Source of the DNA: a virus
Taxonomy: Duplodnaviria > Heunggongvirae > Uroviricota > Caudoviricetes
Strand: one strand, 5' to 3'
DNA length: 5,842 nucleotides
Virus record (IMG/VR): IMGVR_UViG_3300012155_000058
Location: 1 to 5,842 of that record
The notes beneath the pieces are model-generated. The model saw only the letters and a program-made list of their open reading frames with translations, was not told where the DNA came from and did no database searches. Both the position numbers and the translations under genes were made by a program. Every line of letters starts with the position of its first letter. The first letter of the stretch is position 1. Positions 5,503 to 5,842 of this stretch are shown piece after piece.

Positions 5503-5842
5503 TCACCATGACAATTTAACAAAACCCGGCGACCCATTGCCGCCCGGGAAACAGTTCGCACCAGAAGTCCCATAAGCACCAGCCGACCCGCCCGCACCGT
5601 ATCCGGTGCCATTGTGACTACCACCGATAACCCCGCAACCACCATCGCCATATACTGACGACGCTCCATTATTGCCCGCAGTGGCTTTTGTAGTACCAGT
5701 ACCGCCAGTAGTACCACCATAACCACCAGAACCACCGGGTGACGACACTCCCGAAAATGAAGACGCGCCGCCAGCAGTCCCCGAATTACCCTTGGTCATA
5801 TTGCCTGCTGATGACGTGACTACGGTTCCCCCTACCCCCCCA
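5503..5842 (-). CDS. 3' end of a gene encoding a glycine-rich C-terminal domain (tail-fibre or adhesin tip-like); 5' end lies beyond the window
   Basis: Reading frame is open from the window edge (5842) to the TGA at 5505-5503. Translation is Gly/Ser/Thr-rich with interspersed aromatics (GGSGGYGGTTGGTG, GTGYGAGGSAGAYG) and ends GFVKLSW. The internal Met at 5799 has only a weak SD, so a longer protein is more likely. Confidence 0.55.
   Translation of the reverse strand, partial: GGVGGTVVTSSAGNMTKGNSGTAGGASSFSGVSSPGGSGGYGGTTGGTGTTKATAGNNGASSVYGDGGCGVIGGSHNGTGYGAGGSAGAYGTSGANCFPGGNGSPGFVKLSW

Noticed and set aside
5496-5735. 79-aa minus-strand ORF (MVLVVMVVLL...) in an alternative frame across the glycine-rich region
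   Set aside because: It is a frame-shifted reading of the same low-complexity repeats; the frame encoding the Gly-rich protein is open to the window edge and ends 3 nt before gene A.
1292-5842. Diversity-generating retroelement targeting the glycine-rich fibre-like C-terminus
   Set aside because: No protein in the window has reverse-transcriptase motifs (no YxDD), and I saw no template-repeat copy of the C-terminal coding region.
1-5842. CRISPR array, rRNA, transposase or integrase
   Set aside because: No regularly spaced direct repeats with unique spacers, no rRNA-like conserved segments, and no ORF with transposase DDE or tyrosine/serine recombinase signatures.

Overview
The window has two compositionally distinct halves that meet tail-to-tail near 1000-1100. 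The left part (1 to about 1020) is AT-rich and carries a short plus-strand two-gene operon: a DUF4177-like small protein (342-578) overlapping by TAATG with a clear YidD-family paralogue (578-793), behind an extended -10 promoter. The right part (about 1100-5842) is GC-rich and entirely occupied by one minus-strand gene array. It begins with the glycine-rich C-terminal end of a gene entering from the right edge (tail-fibre or adhesin tip-like), followed after 3 nt by five tightly coupled genes, labelled A-E here. Three of the four junctions are ATGA stop/start overlaps and the fourth is a 25-nt overlap. The array ends in a strong intrinsic terminator at 1258-1279. Only gene B has a recognisable signature (YSH then FCSE, the permuted NlpC/P60 papain-like fold of the YaeF/YiiX family). 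A, C, D and E (200, 289, 211 and 548 aa) show no motifs I can assign. I regard the B-E cassette, riding behind a tail-fibre-like gene, as the candidate undescribed system; whether it is virion-associated or a cargo/defence module cannot be decided from sequence alone. The convergent intergenic region (800-1290) contains a 10-12 bp motif present three times and a perfect 12-bp inverted repeat flanking about 60 bp. No rRNA, tRNA, CRISPR array, transposase or integrase was seen. All domain calls are from motif recognition by eye, not from database searches.
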